Shown here in pieces: positions 15,901-28,179 of a stretch of 64,000 bases of DNA (positions within the stretch are counted from its first letter, which is position 1; each line of letters opens with the position of its first letter). The position numbers and the translations under genes were made by a program. Source of the stretch: Antedon mediterranea (Eukaryota; Animalia; Echinodermata); contig NC_092675.1 in assembly GCF_964355755.1 (NCBI RefSeq), positions 17,580,912-17,644,911 of the forward strand, in the 5' to 3' direction. The notes below the pieces were generated by a model. It made no database searches, was not told the DNA's origin, and saw only the letters and a program-made list of their open reading frames with translations.

Positions 15901-16362
15901 ACTCAGATCTGGTAAATTACACAGGTCATTATATTCTTTCATGGAGTTGCTTTGTGGAAATAAATGGCTGACAAATGCATCCAATGCCAGTGTTCCAGTT
16001 TGGTTAACATCCGATACCTTGCAAGTTGTATCATATATATTCCTAAGATAGAATTTGTATTTCGTTTGGAAGGTTTTACCAGGAGTACCACTTTGGTTTG
16101 TGTCCGGCCAACGTTGTTGAATAAGTACAGGGCAATCGCTTTTATCCAAGCGCTTTTCTTGGATGTCATCATCAGTGTTGCCGAAGCCAACTGTTAGGAA
16201 GTAATTCTCAGGTCTTCGTAGACTAAGCTTAGAGGCTAGTTGAAATACAATATCACCTGCACAGTCCTGTTTGGTAGCCTCAACTGCAACCCAGTTCCGA
16301 CTTGGTGCTATATTACCTGGGTGTACACGCACACGGTATATCTCATCATCATCAGGCTCCAT
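905..16362 (-). CDS. MYO9: Unconventional class IX myosin (MYO9A/B-like), 5' part; 11 coding exons: 16362-15535, 13486-13392, 9894-9732, 9195-9095, 8257-8041, 7586-7473, 4392-4258, 3520-3399, 3153-3006, 2144-1952, 965-905; continues beyond the left edge
   Basis: The spliced translation has the myosin motor motifs GESGSGKTE (P-loop), [18 protein letters not shown] (switch I), [15 protein letters not shown] and [22 protein letters not shown] (switch II). It also has an N-terminal RA-like extension and the class IX segment [17 protein letters not shown] before loop 2. All introns are GT-AG and phases join without frameshift. Confidence 0.95.
1301..1612 (+). repeat. Interspersed repeat; an inverted, interrupted copy lies at about 12330-12443 and 13175-13278
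   Basis: TACGTAAGGGCAAAATTCGGTAAATCG... and TATGTATTCGAGAACCATCT match the reverse complement of those segments. Confidence 0.75.
1952..2144 (-). CDS. MYO9: Myosin IX exon 10 ([13 protein letters not shown]...RENP)
   Basis: Overlaps track ORF 1728-2117; the donor G|GTTGGA is inferred from phase compatibility with the next exon. Confidence 0.88.
2567..2987. repeat. 84-bp minisatellite, 5 near-identical copies
   Basis: ATTGCGCAACTATCTATGAC recurs at 2567, 2651, 2735, 2819 and 2903. Confidence 0.95.
3006..3153 (-). CDS. MYO9: Myosin IX exon 9 (FPAKDND...[11 protein letters not shown])
   Basis: Within track ORF 2916-3176; HYAG motif. Confidence 0.94.
3399..3520 (-). CDS. MYO9: Myosin IX exon 8 ([32 protein letters not shown]...)
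   Basis: Manual translation; canonical splice sites. Confidence 0.94.
3660..3828. repeat. Tandem duplication of about 90 bp
   Basis: CCTATGCTAGTTGGTCAACCCAGAACAGATAAAT...CTACAAGAAAG occurs twice. Confidence 0.85.
4258..4392 (-). CDS. MYO9: Myosin IX exon 7 ([15 protein letters not shown]...VFKLEQ)
   Basis: Switch II motif; canonical splice sites. Confidence 0.95.
5160..5260 (+). mobile_element. L2-like 3' end
   Basis: GTAGCGC...stem-loop...GCGCTTTACAAAT followed by (ATT)n. Confidence 0.55.
7473..7586 (-). CDS. MYO9: Myosin IX exon 6 ([29 protein letters not shown]...)
   Basis: Manual translation; RDALAK.LY..LF.WIV motif. Confidence 0.93.
8041..8257 (-). CDS. MYO9: Myosin IX exon 5 ([14 protein letters not shown]...YKMSE)
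   Basis: Within track ORF 8020-8307; canonical splice sites. Confidence 0.93.
8254..8664. repeat. Tandem duplication of about 203 bp that includes the exon 5 acceptor
   Basis: AATTCTGC(G/A)GAGTATGAAGGAGAAG...TTTTCATAGTGAT occurs twice. Confidence 0.92.
9095..9195 (-). CDS. MYO9: Myosin IX exon 4 ([27 protein letters not shown]...)
   Basis: Manual translation; TAG|AGT acceptor and AG|GTTTGT donor. Confidence 0.92.
9732..9894 (-). CDS. MYO9: Myosin IX exon 3 ([12 protein letters not shown]...YNYLNQ)
   Basis: Within track ORF 9660-9977; canonical splice sites. Confidence 0.93.
10065..10098 (+). repeat. 5S rRNA-derived fragment (SINE3-like relic)
   Basis: TTGGATGGGTGACCACCTGAGAATACCAGGT resembles the 5S box C region TTGGATGGGAGACCGCCTGGGAATACCGGGT. 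Confidence 0.55.
10590..11012 (-). mobile_element. Helentron/DINE-like non-autonomous element
   Basis: The minus strand begins TTATTACCTCCGCTAACGAGGTTAT (short hairpin), followed by a (GTTT/GTCT)n tract. Confidence 0.55.
12761..13174 (-). mobile_element. Partial inverted copy of the right end of the 33810-34909 element
   Basis: Colinear reverse-complement match to about 34465-34909. Confidence 0.8.
13392..13486 (-). CDS. MYO9: Myosin IX exon 2 ([32 protein letters not shown])
   Basis: Manual translation; CAG|GCC acceptor and GG|GTAAGA donor. Confidence 0.95.
13625..13807. repeat. Degenerate short tandem repeat TACCTTCTAGTAACAC
   Basis: About 7 diverged copies. Confidence 0.8.
15535..16362 (-). 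CDS. MYO9: Myosin IX coding exon 1 (RA-like domain and start of motor, MEPDDD...GPVLE)
   Basis: Track ORF 15493-16362; acceptor AG at 16390-16391 upstream of the ATG; donor GAG|GTAAGA at 15535. Confidence 0.95.
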
Positions 16363-17744
16363 TATAGAGTTACAGTTACAGTCTAATTCCTATAAATGAC
16401 CCAAAAAATTATTATTATTAAAAACAAGTATTATTAGGAATTAGTGAATTACTATGTCACATGTGATGCTGTCTGAAAACATTTAAAATATCTAACTAAA
16501 CACAGGAGACGAGTCACATACTGTATGGGAAAGCCCTCACATTTGGAGTTTTCACAGAAATCTTTATATTTTGTAGTATGTGCCATTTCAGCATGCATTC
16601 ACATAATATATTGAATATACAGTTCCTAAAAAAGTTATTACTTCAGAATATTAATATTTCCAATACAGTAGGTTATCTGACCTGTGAGTTTTACAGATCT
16701 AATTTTATAACTCCATGTACAGATAGAAACAGGAAGCTAGCAGGTGATTTAATACACTTCCACCACATCCTATAAGGGCTTGCATAATTCAAAATTGATC
16801 ACAGCAAAGATTATAATAGCTTTTGTAATACGTGATTTGTTGAAACTACACAGAGTCTCCCTTTTTGTATTGGGCCTCAGGTGTCTGATCTTACTGTAAG
16901 TTTCTAAAACGCTCAAACACAGGATCATATACAGATGCAAATAAAGAAATAATTGGTCAGATGTTTTTCCCTACTTATATTTTTCAAAACTATATATGTG
17001 GTGTACTGCAAACTTTATATCAACATATCTATTTGTTAATTATTTTTTTATTTTCTAATTTATTTCATTATTGTAATTGTATTTACCTAATGAGGAGTAT
17101 CTTTGTATCAGGGAGTTGAGTATTTAGTCAAATAAATATGTTTATACAGTATAAAGTTTACAGTACACCACGTACTGTATATATAGTTCTGACTTTAGAG
17201 TTTTGATCAATATACATAATATACAGTACTCAAACAAATAGTAAAGAAATTCTGAAATACATGCTATTGTTCTAATAAAATGTACTGAATGGTTGTCTTC
17301 TGGATTTAAAGGATTTCCCATCCATGCAAGAATATGTTTATTGTTGTACAGATGTCAGAATTCTACTCACATTTACATATTTAACAAAAATTGTCTATTT
17401 ATAATTTATATCATAAAGCAGAGTCATTGTGTAAACAGGACAGTGAAAGTATGAGGTATCATAAAATGAATACAAACAAAAGTAGGTAGAGCTATGCTCA
17501 CAATGGAATTCAATGAAAACTGTTGATAACTACAGCATGTGATCTGAACCAATTTGGACAAAATATGGCAATTTTATTTCACTTTTGATTCTAAATGGAT
17601 AAAAACAAGAATTCAACAGAATGATTAAATAATATCAGGGTGAACCGTGTTTTAATTGTACAATTATTATTATTTTGGTGAAATGTGGGTGATGCGGTGA
17701 ATGTCCTCTTGTGGATGGTCTTAGCAGAATCCATTAATACATTA

Positions 17745-18341
17745 ATACTGATGATGATTGGGGTGTACTACATTGCGTTTGGTGTGTACTGGATGATTAA
17801 TGGTGTGTGTACTGGATGATTAATGGTGTGTGTACTGGATGATGATTGGTGTGTGTACTGGATGATGATTGGTGCGTGTGCTTTCATTGCGTTTGGTGTG
17901 TACTGGATGATGATTGGTGTGTGTACTGGATGATTGGTGTGTGTACTGCATTGCGTTTGGTGTGTACTGAATGATGATTGGTGTGTGTACTGCATGATGA
18001 TTGGTGTGTGTACTTTCATTGCGTTTGCTGTGTACTGGATGATGGTTGGTGTGTGTACTGGATGATAATTGGTGTGTGTACTGCATTGCGTTTGGTGTGT
18101 ACTGGATGATGATTGGTGTGTGTACTGGATGATGATTGGTGTGTACTGGATGATAATTGGTGTGTGTACTGCATTGCGTTTGGTGTGTACTGGATGATGA
18201 TTGGTGTGTGTAATGTATTAAGTTTGGTGTGTAATGTATTAAGTTTGGTGTGTACTGGATGATGACTGGTGTGTGCACTGGATGATGACTGGTGTGTGTA
18301 CTGCATTGCGTTTGGTATGTACTGCATGACAATTGGTGTGT
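17745..18341. repeat. Compound minisatellite of ~19-23-bp units (GGTGTGTGTACTGGATGATGATT / GTACTGCATTGCGTTT)
   Basis: Direct reading; this repeat generates the overlapping H/T/Q-rich track ORFs. Confidence 0.92.
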
Positions 18342-21300
18342 AATATTATTCTCTGATACACTGGTTCACCTTATGCCTTTGTCAAGCAAAAAGTACAGTG
18401 CACTTGTTACAAAGGTGAATATTATGCCATACTGACTATTACCTGTAAGTACTGTATTATGTGTTTATAAATAAACATCAATTTTACACCCAAAAATATA
18501 ACATTTTTTTTTTAATTCAGAATATACATCTTCATTCATACCTCCATTCTTTTTTCTCTTTTTGTACTATGCTTATTTATGTATGTTTATGAATGTATGA
18601 TGAAAAATAAAAAAGATAATGTTTATGATACTTAAAATGTCTAAACAAATGTTAGGAAATATTAGTACACATACAAAAACCTATGACTGAACAAGTAAAT
18701 ATTAGGCCTGCTCAATAACAATGATTGGAAATCCACATGCCCTTGATTACTTGTTTTTAAAGGGTTAGGCAACAAGAGTAATATAGCAAATACAGGAAAT
18801 GTACAAGGCCATACAAATGAATACCAATCAGTTATCTCTACTGGGTATGAATCAAGCACTTTGCACTAAAAGTATAATGAAACTAGAATAGAGCTAGGCC
18901 TATATAGTATATCAAACTGTTTGAAAAAAAAAACTTTTAACATGCATCATGATATATTACTATTAGAATTTTCTTACATTAGCACTGGTAATTACATTAA
19001 CAAGATTGGTAATTACATAACATAAATATTCATAGTTGTAGTACTAACTGTAGTACCCATAATACAGGATTTGGACCTCTTGCAGTATTATTATTAAATA
19101 TCATTAACAATTATTAACAATATATTTATAGGTCCTGTTTCTATTGAGCAAAAAAATACTTTTTAAGAATGGTTCTTTAAGAAATTCGTTCAGAAATGGG
19201 TCCAACAAAAAAGAACTGATTTTAAAAACCAGTTTCAAAACACCAACTAATTCCAGTCTAGATCGCAAAGAGTCGCTGGTTTCCATGGAGCAATCATGGA
19301 CTCAATTTGACCCTTAAAAAACTCAACTCTGCTGCGCAAAGATTTGACAGTCATTTAGTTCTCTAGATATTCTGTGTATTTTGTGTGTGGAAAAAAGATT
19401 AATTTAACTACTATTAATTACAAAATGTCTTTTTGTATTTCATTTATTACGTGTATAAATATAAATAAAGGCACAATATTTGTTTTATTATTTTCTGTGT
19501 TGTGTTTCTTTTAATTTAACATAATTCGATCAAGCCAACAATGCTTAACAAGATAAAATACAGTACAAAAGGCATTACCTATTAGGCCTACTATTCCTAC
19601 AACGGTAACAAAAATCTTTAGGAGAATGGCATGGAGGAAAACCACCCTCCACTGTACATGTATTGGACTACATCATGCAGGAATGCACACATGGTAATTT
19701 TGTATAATATCAGTGTAATATACAGTACAATTGTTTTTCCAATGATTGCGATTATTTAACAACTAACAAAACCTGTTCTTTTGGGACAGGCCTATAGAGT
19801 GTTAACATTTCCACGGTTAAATTCCTGAATAATAAAAGAATAGATGCCTTCTTGAGAAAAACCACAACCAACTGTAAATACCATGAAATCATAATTAAAT
19901 ATTGACAATTTTATTTTGTAAATTAAAAAGTCAAATTTAGTTATACAAAAATATCTTTTTGCTCAAATCATTATCTTCTAAAATTGTCATCTTGATGTAC
20001 ATTTTTATGTCATCAAACCAAAAAATTATTACAAATATGTGGGTCCCATAATTTCATTTCATACATTGTGTATTCTGTATATTCTCTATTTATGACACAT
20101 AATTCAGCACTATAAGCGTACAGTGATGGTATACAGTACATCAACCTTTTGTTCTCATAATTTAACATACATGCTTTTTCACAGATTTTAATGAAATGTT
20201 ATTTTATTATTATTGTTTTACTACTTGTTTTAAAGTAGACTGAATGATAAACTTGTACAAAATGAACTATTGTACAGCATACAGTACATTTAGCCTGGAG
20301 ATAAAGTAGATTCAACTGTTCAAATGCATCATGTCTTTATGCAAAATACTACTATGCAAATGATATACAAACACTAAATTACTCTTGATGTATCAGATGG
20401 GTTTTGATGGCCTAATAAAAGCCATTGTAAAGTGTACAGATTACTTTTGTAAAAATATGCAATACTTCGTAAACGAGTTATGATTGTTTACGGAAGGTGA
20501 AATATCTATGCCGTACAAACTAGTACAAATAAATAGAAAAATACAGATAAAATTAAAATACCAGCTTAGACATGGTGAATATTTCAAAGTGTTCTAAAAT
20601 AAGACTTGAAAGTTATAAACCATCTTCATGAGATTCTTCAAATAGGAGTCATGGCAATGAAAACGACTGACTTGTATTCACACACGATCACACCTACCTA
20701 CTTATATATGCCAGAAAGCATAAAGTGGAATAGTTATTTTTAAGGATACCACATACAGCAATTTCAATGAAATATTTTTACCAGTTGCTCATTGTTTGTA
20801 CTCGTGAAAATTTAAAAGGAAGTAGCAACGTTGGTATTAAGCTCAGCTTCAATTTCAATTTTGCCTTGGGAGCCATAGGCCTTACGGCGAAGCTGAAATG
20901 ATGCCTGGAAAAGCAATCCCGTTCCTCATCAAGCATAATACTTTTTTACCACATATTCTGTTCTAAATAAATACTAATAGTACAAAAAGTAAAAGTTCCA
21001 CAAAAAAATACCTGGCGTTTGGTAGAAAATTACCGTTAAAGTTGGTAAATATGCCAACGATTTCTTACGAAATAGCGAGGCTGAAACAACTGGTGGCGCA
21101 CTATAACTAGACTGTACTATTATTTTCACGGTTTATAAGAAATATATAGGCAAGTTATTTATTATCAAAATAGATTTATTCTTTATTTTTTTAAATAAAT
21201 TTGGTGAATACAAATTTATATTAACTCTAAAATTGAAATTTAGAGTTAATAATTATCCCCCGACATTAAAACATTTATAATTACAAATGGCTTCAACTGT

Positions 21301-21523
21301 TCGTATAATGGTTTCTCCCGACAGGTAGGCTATTAATAGCAGTAGAAATACAGCAGCAATAATGCTAAGTTTATACCGTAGGATGTACATAGTGACTGAT
21401 ATGATTTAACTGTGAAAAATATAGAACACATATTCCTAGTAATAAACACCAATGCAATAGTAAATTTAAATTATTAAATAAAATACAAACATCAAATATT
21501 TGTTTTGTTTCAATGTAATTGTA

Positions 21524-21810
21524 TTTATTCTCATGGTTAATATTTTTCTTTATATTCTCATGGTTACACAATTTCTTTTAATGGTTACACAATTTCTTTA
21601 TATTCTCATAGTTACTATTTTTCTTTATATTCTCATGGTTACAGTTTTTATTATTATATTCTCATGGTTACATTATTTATTTATATTCTCATGGTTACAG
21701 TTTTTATTATTATATTCTCATGGTTACATTATTTATTTATATTCTCATGGTTACAGTTTTTATTATTATATTCTCATGGTTATATTATTTATTTATATTC
21801 TCATGGTTTC
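21524..21810. repeat. ~29-bp tandem repeat (TATATTCTCATGGTTA) inside the Academ element
   Basis: About 10 copies; alternating unit variants in the 3' half. Confidence 0.9.
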
Positions 21811-21979
21811 CATTTTGTTTTCATTTTTTTTAAATCTTTTTTTTTATTCACATGCTCACAGTTTCTGTTTGCTTAACCATGGTAGTGTTTCACATTGGTT
21901 ATAGTGTAGGCCTATTACATTACAGTTACTTTTTATGATGATTTTGTTGCATTCAAAACCGTATAAACTACAGTATATT

Positions 21980-24089
21980 TCATATTCATCTTCCTCATAT
22001 AGTCTAATTCCTCATAGTCCAATTCATCATAGTCTAATTCATCATCTTCAATGCCATAGTCTGGTGTGTCTTCTTTTTCTTCTTCTTCTTCTCTTGTCCT
22101 GTTTTCACACTCATCTCATTCACACTCGAACAGTTAATCCTAGAGCAAGTGACTTTGGAGTCTGCCTTCTTCCTTTCCAAGGTACAGGATTTCCTGGCAT
22201 ATCGATAAAATTTTCGTTCGAGTTTCTTCAGTAACATCTGAAAATGAGGTTTGTATAGTATCTTCTGCAGCACCAACACACTTTGCGATTAGATTAAACA
22301 ACTCATATGGCACAATTTCAGATATGTCAACATCATTAATGTCTGCTGCTCTTGGAGGCCATTCACTCTGCATACCTTTGTTTGATTTGATGGCATTATT
22401 TACTATCGTACCTGCAAGTATATTTTATAGCATTCGATGAATGAAACATAGTAATAATAAATTTATATAAAGCATATACTGTATTGTGTACAGCATTTAT
22501 GATCGACACCACTTACTATCATAACAGTTTTGTTTTTTGAGTGCATACAGCTTTCACCTCTTTGATCCACAGCATTTCCTTAATTATGCAATAACATTTA
22601 TTGTTGTTATTTAAAAATAAACCAATATATACAAGTTATTGTATTTTAACCGTACCTGCAAAATATAGAGTCCTTAGTTTGTCTCTATTGTCACCATCAG
22701 TGGAGATTTTGTGTGTTGTAGAAGTAGTTGGAATATCTATGTCATACTCTGATGATTCATCTGTCTCCGTTGTACTTTTTCCTGATGACAAAAATGGATC
22801 AGCCACAAATCCAGGGGATACATTGCTAAAGTACACCAGAACTGATTCATTTCTAATTAAGAAAAAATAAACAAAATATTTAGTTTGACCAATCCACAAA
22901 AAGATTTTTTTTTAAATTATCCCTGGTGAAATAATCATTTAATATAAACACACTAAGCAACTAACCTTCTTGTGGGTGAATGAAAAATTAGGTTAGGATA
23001 ATCCATCCTGAGCTTCTTCTTCAACACGTCTGATCTATAAATAACAGATTAATTGATTATAATTAATTGTTACACAGATACAATGAAGAAATTATTACAG
23101 TAACTGGATCTCAAAAATATTACAATTATTTCATCGTTTTTAAGAAGAGATCGACAGCCTACCTTATAGTTGACAAGTAAACATTTTCTGTTTTTTCAAT
23201 TGATTTCATGAAAAGCTTTTGGAGTTTTGCGAGTCTTGGTATCTCCTGTCCATACTGTAACCGTTTATCAATTACATCTCTGCAAAATACCTTATAGCTT
23301 TGCTTATATGTTAAAAAAACACTTTCCAATTCCCTGTAAATAATAATAAATATTATTAAAATATATTTTAATATTTTATAGATTTTGGTGTTTAAAAATT
23401 CAACATTTAGACTGAAGCAAATAAAAAAAAAAATTCAAAATGTAAATTCAAAAAACCAACAAGAGTTTTAGAAAGTTACGTTTTACTCACTTTCCAGAAT
23501 ATAGAGCCTATATTGGTATTTAACTAAAATTAATTGTGTAGCCTACTGAATAATATATACTGTATAATATAATATGGCCTAGGGCCTAGGCCTACGTAGT
23601 AGTACTGGTACTACAGTAGTAGAAAGCCCAATCAACAACCAAGCACAGAAACTCTAAGAGCACAATATAGATCTAGGCCTATCTATAGATATATAGATCA
23701 GTAGCACCCTATATACTGTATCATTTAACTATATTATTAACTCTTAGAGTATTCTGATAATAATCGAAACCAAATATTACCTTTTTTAGTCGAGATGTAT
23801 CAGTATATCGCCTGTAACAGGTAGCATGAAAACCTAAGCCTGGATGCTCGCGTACGACATCGTCAAACGATTTACCTTCATCAGACATACCAAGAAGCTC
23901 CGTCAAATGTATGGCGATTTCCTTGCCGTCTCCATCTAATTTTATCCAACTCTTTGGACAGAGCAACACTTTATTCCATCGAATCTCAGTAATTGGACTG
24001 ATAATTTCATTTGAATGCTTGTAAATTTGGAAAAAACATTTCAACTTTACTTTGTCTAAGCGAGAAGATCCTTCCTCGTCGGACGCCAT
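21980..24089 (-). pseudogene. Spliced transposase relic: exons 24089-23781, 23333-23163, 23034-22966, 22852-22656, 22411-~21980
   Basis: Exons 2-5 join in phase through GT-AG introns; frameshift near 22175; deletion junction near 22125. Confidence 0.7.
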
Positions 24090-27000
24090 TTCGTGTTTAC
24101 ATCGTGTGATTTTGACGTCTGCTGCCTAAACGTCGCGTATGATTGGTTTAACTGATGTCATGTGATACAAAATGGCAACTGCGAAAATATATTCTTTTAT
24201 ACTTTTAAAATCAAGATTTCTTTAAAATGTCAGGAAAATTTTCGTGGAACTTTTTAATACGTGATTAATTTATTTTTATGTATATGAATCAAGAGAGTTC
24301 ACTTATTATGCTTAATGAGGAACAAGAAAAAATGTTTTCATCTTCACCGTAAGGCCTACCAGCATAAACAAAACCTAAAATGTATTAGCTTGTCAAAATG
24401 GGAGCAATTTTACATTAAATTAATAAAAGAAAAGGGAGAAGGGGTTATGATACAAACATTACCCATACTTACACATCCTCCAAATGTAAGAAACCGATAA
24501 AAATTCATATATGGATCATCGTGGTGGCGTGGTTCTTCCAATATATTGTAAACACGATTGTCCATTTTAATTTTACATTTATTGCAACACGCCATTAAAC
24601 AGTTTGTAGTTTTTAAATAGTTCACAAAAAAGCTGTACATCTACGTTGTTATTACTGTACTATCAATGATTCTACATCACAATATGATTGCATAGATTAA
24701 CATCTGTGTCTTACATTAAAAAAGTGTTCAAAATCTCTTCCGAGGGAATTGCCATTTTCACCCGCATGCATGGGTGATAACACAATCTGTACAGCTACAA
24801 TCTTTAAGATGTACAACAAAATGTGACAAACAACATCCAAACATTCGGGCGGGGTTTCTATTCTTGCTATGTCTGATGTCTACAAACAAAGGATGATCAG
24901 AATTCTAAACTAAACATATGATACATGCATACCAATCCACACTGTACAATCCAGGTACAACAAGACACAACACAAGTTGACTTGATATATAATATTAAAA
25001 TTACCAATAAAAAATGGGAATCAATAAGCGAAATGTTTGTGTATAAATCATCTAAGGTGTATGTAGAATTGATACTGAAACTATAGTACTGCATTAATAG
25101 TAATACTATAGTTTATAAATATCCTCAAATATTGCAAAGCTGTTGCATTTATCCTGCAAAAGTTATTTATTTTAGTCCATTGTCCACTAGATGGACACAA
25201 GTTGATCCATTCACACAAAATGTAGAAACCTCTAGATTTGTAGGTTTAATACAACCATAATTTGAAACATGGAATATTGCTCCATATTTCTATACTGTTA
25301 AGCAAAAACAAATCCTTTTCAAATTGACAATATTCCACATTTTGGAAGATAATATCCAGAAACAAGCGCGATCTAAAGTGATATTCCTCCTTATGTTATT
25401 CTCTGGTAAGCCTAGCTTCATTTTCAGGGTACAGACAAGCGTGTAATATTGCTAACAATTTTGATAATGCTAAGCTCAGTTATCAGCAGATTTCAAACAC
25501 GGTAAATAACAGTTGACGGCAGCTACTGTCACAAGGAAGCTCGCTGTTATGAACTACATAATATTAAACACTAGGTCTACAAACATGATCTTGAATGTAT
25601 GAATATTACAATAACTATGGCTTCTGCGCTTCTCAGCAAAATGCTGACTAATTTTAGAAATCAAATATTCACTGTGCTGTTTTTTTAATCAGCATATATA
25701 ATCAGAAAGCAAACGACTCTTCAATTCATTGGACAATGAATTGTAACACTAGGTACTATTGAATAAAACGATATTGAGCGAGTGTAATGATTTCTTAGGT
25801 TTGTCCCCCGCCGCCTCGTTTACTTTGTTGGTATTGTACTCCAATCTTTTAGTGGATTATTAATAGCCACTTATTGTAATATGTGTCAGTCCTGTTCAGT
25901 GATGCGTAACAGATCCAAGCATGTTTTTTTTTGTGACAAAAAATATTTAATCTTCAATTTGAATAATGGAATAAGTTGAGGTTTGCATATTTTGTTAGCA
26001 TTTGTTCTTATGAAGACTTTTGATAGATTATGTTTAAGACTAAAGACCTTGACAAGTCAATAGAGGACGTAATTCATCTGTATTTATTACATGTTTATTT
26101 GAAAATAGAAAACAATTTAAATACAAACGTGCCAAATTTATTAAAAAGAGCCTTGATATATTTTGGGGAGAGAAGGCGGGAAAATGTACAGTATTGTCAA
26201 GTCTACTGAAAATAATAATATGAAATAGAACTACTTAACATATAATAAACAAAGACCATTAATTGTCCAGCTTCTAGTCATGCAATAATTGGTAGTAAGA
26301 GGAAACAGCCCAGGGATGATTAGGCCCATTTTATTAATAATGTATAATTTGCATTTTATAAACATAAATTTTTCGATAACATTTAATGTTTGTTTTGTTT
26401 CATTTTCAGAGAGACTGTGAGGGTAATAAAGTCTGTAGAATAATGATGCAATAAAGCAAAAACTATGAAAGTTTGACTTAAAATATAGGGCCTAAGACAC
26501 GCCAAAAATTTTAATTTTTTAGCCACACGATTGATGTAAACAAATTGCACCCTCTATTGGCCACCTTGCGAATGCATGAAAATTCGAAATAATAATTGCA
26601 TATAAAATTCAGTTTTCACCAATATCAATAATATATGTTATGTTATTAAATGAAATAACAATTGTTGTTAAGCCTTGCATGAATAATGATTAACTTTTAA
26701 GTTCAAGGGTGATAATAATAATACAAGGTGAAGAAGCTGAATTAAGGGCATTAACATTACAAATACATTAATACTAGGTTATAATAAGCTATCAAATATC
26801 TATACTTTTTAAAAGACGCATTATCTATATTTTAACACAAAAAATAATTCATTTATGAGGTCCGCGCCTATTAATTTACTAATTTAAGCATTCTTCAAGG
26901 TTTAGTGATGGTACAAAAAAATTCAATAAGCATGATCTATGAAGTTGGTTCATTTCATTGTCTTGGCAATACTGATATATCTCTGGATTCTTTATAGAAT

Positions 27001-27519
27001 GGCAACTTTAAATTTACTCTTAAATAATGCAAATAAACCAACAGGGAATTAAAAAGAATTGCTTGAATGACTAATTAAATGAACTTATTATTTATTACTT
27101 ATGCAGAAACTGTTGCCAGAAACAAAAGCATTCAAAAGCCCTACAGCATGTAATCGTTCTAAGAAAGTTGCAATTGGATATTAAGATATCAAGAACTTTA
27201 TTTTATTCTTGAACCAAAACAATATTCATAATTCTATTCAGATCTAAATATTGAATTATTGTGGTTTTACACACAAAAAAAACCCCTGCGTTTATATCAT
27301 GTATAAACAATATTTATTTTTGGGGAATTATAATGACCTATTGCTTTACTTGCCAATGGATGTAAAGTATTTGTGGCAGTAATTGCTGTACTTGCCGCTA
27401 TTGTGGTGATAGTAGATAACTTTGCAACCCAGAGAACCATGTCAAGCAAACTTCATGGCCTTGAAGACCAGAAGGTCATGGCAGACAGAATCAAAAGATA
27501 CGGTCACACTACAGCCTAA

Positions 27520-28179
27520 GGGTATGTTCAGACTCACCGAGTTATGGTGGAGTTATCTACGCAAGGCGTACGGTAATTCGTGGCGTTAAAAGCCAAGGTG
27601 TTCAGACACAATGACCAACATTCCAATACCTTGAGTTTAAAACACTCTGATCAGGTCAAAGCAGATAGAACTATATGTATACATTCATGACAATGCATAA
27701 AAGTTAACATCGTTTACATTGTTTTTTTTAATTTATATAATGTTTACCTTCAAATATACTGATTTGTTCTTACTTCTTGTAGAATTGCATTTTAATTCAA
27801 AATAATTTAAACGTAATTGTTACACGGACAATAATCTGATTAATTGATTTAATTTATGAAAATATCATATCACTGACGCCAACTTTACTGTTCTTTAAAA
27901 TCTGAACCTAAAAATACATTTGACATAGCTATTTCGCTGTCGTATCATAGGGTACGGGTATGTAGTTGCTGTCTGCTAATCGTGGTCGTTGTGTATTTTC
28001 ATTGGTTAAGGTTAAAATCACTGATGCATCACTGGATTAGCATTATCAAATCTACCCTCTCCCGCTAGAATTATTAACGCCACAGCTCCCTAACGCTAAT
28101 CCGTGGCATGGTTCAGACACAAAAATATGTACGCTGCTTACATAACTCTATCGTAAACTCCATGAGTCTGAACATACCC
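27520..28179. mobile_element. MITE, PIF/Harbinger-like
   Basis: TIR GGGTATGTTCAGACTCA, extending imperfectly for about 50 bp; TAA/TTA flanks; internal GTTCAGACAC copies. Confidence 0.75.

Larger units (their letters stand above)
20876..24358 (-). mobile_element. Academ-type (AcademX-like) DNA transposon, internally deleted and non-autonomous, with an intron-containing transposase relic
   Basis: Imperfect TIRs TAGGCCTTACGG(C/T)GAAG(C/A)TGAAA...GTTCCTCAT(C/T)AAGCATAATA at both ends; 3-bp TSD CCA (20873-20875 and 24359-24361). Relic protein motifs FHATCYRRYT, WPP, KILSICQEI.YL, TPKSLALGLTVR and a C-terminal C..CEN plus acidic tail. The superfamily call rests on TAG termini, 3-bp TSD and recalled motifs. 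Confidence 0.75.

Noticed and set aside
17768-18332. His/Thr/Gln-rich ORFs of 83-170 aa
   Set aside because: They overlap in three frames and are translations of a minisatellite; no splice or domain support
21500-21904. Hydrophobic ORFs resembling membrane proteins
   Set aside because: Produced by the AT-rich ~29-bp tandem repeat
23491-23523. 33-nt exon-like segment in the transposase relic
   Set aside because: Has splice-like borders but does not repair the phase mismatch between relic exons 1 and 2, so it was left out of the model
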